In this document: in pieces, positions 63,442 through 64,000 of the stretch | Layout: the number at the start of each line of letters is the position of its first letter | Position numbering within the stretch: the stretch's first letter is position 1 | Origin: an uncultured Clostridia bacterium | Lineage (GTDB): Bacteria > Bacillota > Clostridia > Christensenellales > UBA1242 | Assembly: GCA_944377315.1 (NCBI GenBank) | Contig: CALWEM010000027.1 | Span: 9,934 to 73,933, forward strand | Direction: 5' to 3' | DNA: 64,000 nt | Translations under genes and position numbers: made by a program | The notes under the pieces: generated by a model | Told to the model about the DNA's origin: nothing | The model's database searches: none | The model's input: only the letters and a program-made list of their open reading frames with translations

Positions 63442-64000
63442 TTACCAATTTTCAATCACTTTTTTCGCACTATCAAAATATGAGATATGTCCGATATCAT
63501 CTTTGACAATCAAATCAATTTCCTTGACAACCACGCCGTCTTTTACAACCTTGACACTTCCCACCTTGTCACCAACTTCGAGTGGTGCTTTAAGGTCTTT
63601 TGGCAAGTCCAGCGAAGTTGTGTAGGTCGACTCATCGCCTTTTTTCAAAATCGCAACAAAACTTTCTTTGGCAAACACATCACAACTCTCCGTTTTTCCC
63701 TTCTTAACATTCAAATTGGCGATTGGGCTCAAAATGTCCACCAAAAATTTGTTTTCAAAATTTGCAAAGCCATAATTTAGCAAAAGCGAACTCTCATTAA
63801 AACGCATTTTACTGTTTTCCGCACCGATGACAACCGAAATAAGTCGCATATCACCACGCTTTGCACTTGCTGTCAAACAGCAACCTGCTTCATTTGTCGA
63901 GCCAGTTTTTCCGCCGTCACAACCTTCAAAATATCGAATAAGTTTGTTGGTGTTGACAAGTTCGGTTTTTCTGCCAGAAGGATGAATGAGTTCATCCATC
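63442..64000 (-). CDS. D-alanyl-D-alanine carboxypeptidase (S11), C-terminal part; gene continues past right edge
   Basis: KTG triad in GGKTGSTNEAG plus a C-terminal beta-sandwich domain. Confidence 0.85.
   Translation of the reverse strand, partial: MDELIHPSGRKTELVNTNKLIRYFEGCDGGKTGSTNEAGCCLTASAKRGDMRLISVVIGAENSKMRFNESSLLLNYGFANFENKFLVDILSPIANLNVKKGKTESCDVFAKESFVAILKKGDESTYTTSLDLPKDLKAPLEVGDKVGSVKVVKDGVVVKEIDLIVKDDIGHISYFDSAKKVIENW

Overview
Visibly AT-rich chromosomal segment of an endospore-forming low-GC Firmicute (Clostridia-like). It carries spoIIIAA-AB-AC, spoVAC-AD-AE, yunB and a SpoIVFB-like protease. Most genes are on the minus strand and are housekeeping: gap, rpiB, rsfS, yhbY, obg, nth, lysS, recN, argR, thiI with a cysteine desulfurase, pheST, ruvX, rlmH, tadA, pepF, ileS, mnmA, scpAB. 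RNA features are a Bacillus-type long SRP RNA with a consensus promoter and terminator, tRNA-Arg(UCG), tRNA-Ser(GGA), and T-box leaders for pheS (UUC) and ileS (AUC). I saw no transposase, integrase, phage gene or CRISPR array. Accessory content is three giant GLUG-repeat surface proteins; two are paralogs with Listeria-Bacteroides-type repeats and a shared C-terminal module, and a fourth copy survives only as a C-terminal remnant. Four things stand out. (1) A 201-204-bp tandem array repeats the 5' half of tRNA-Arg(UCG) fused to a ~130-nt structured module, directly upstream of the intact tRNA. (2) Four GC-enriched elements of three hairpins closed by a 10-12-bp stem each sit just 3' of a minus-strand gene. 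(3) A quasi-palindromic GTGnTATGCA-W-TGCATAnCAC motif recurs at gene ends. (4) A G8 tract lies in the promoter spacer of one giant surface-protein gene, a candidate phase-variation switch. All functional readings of these are inference from sequence only.
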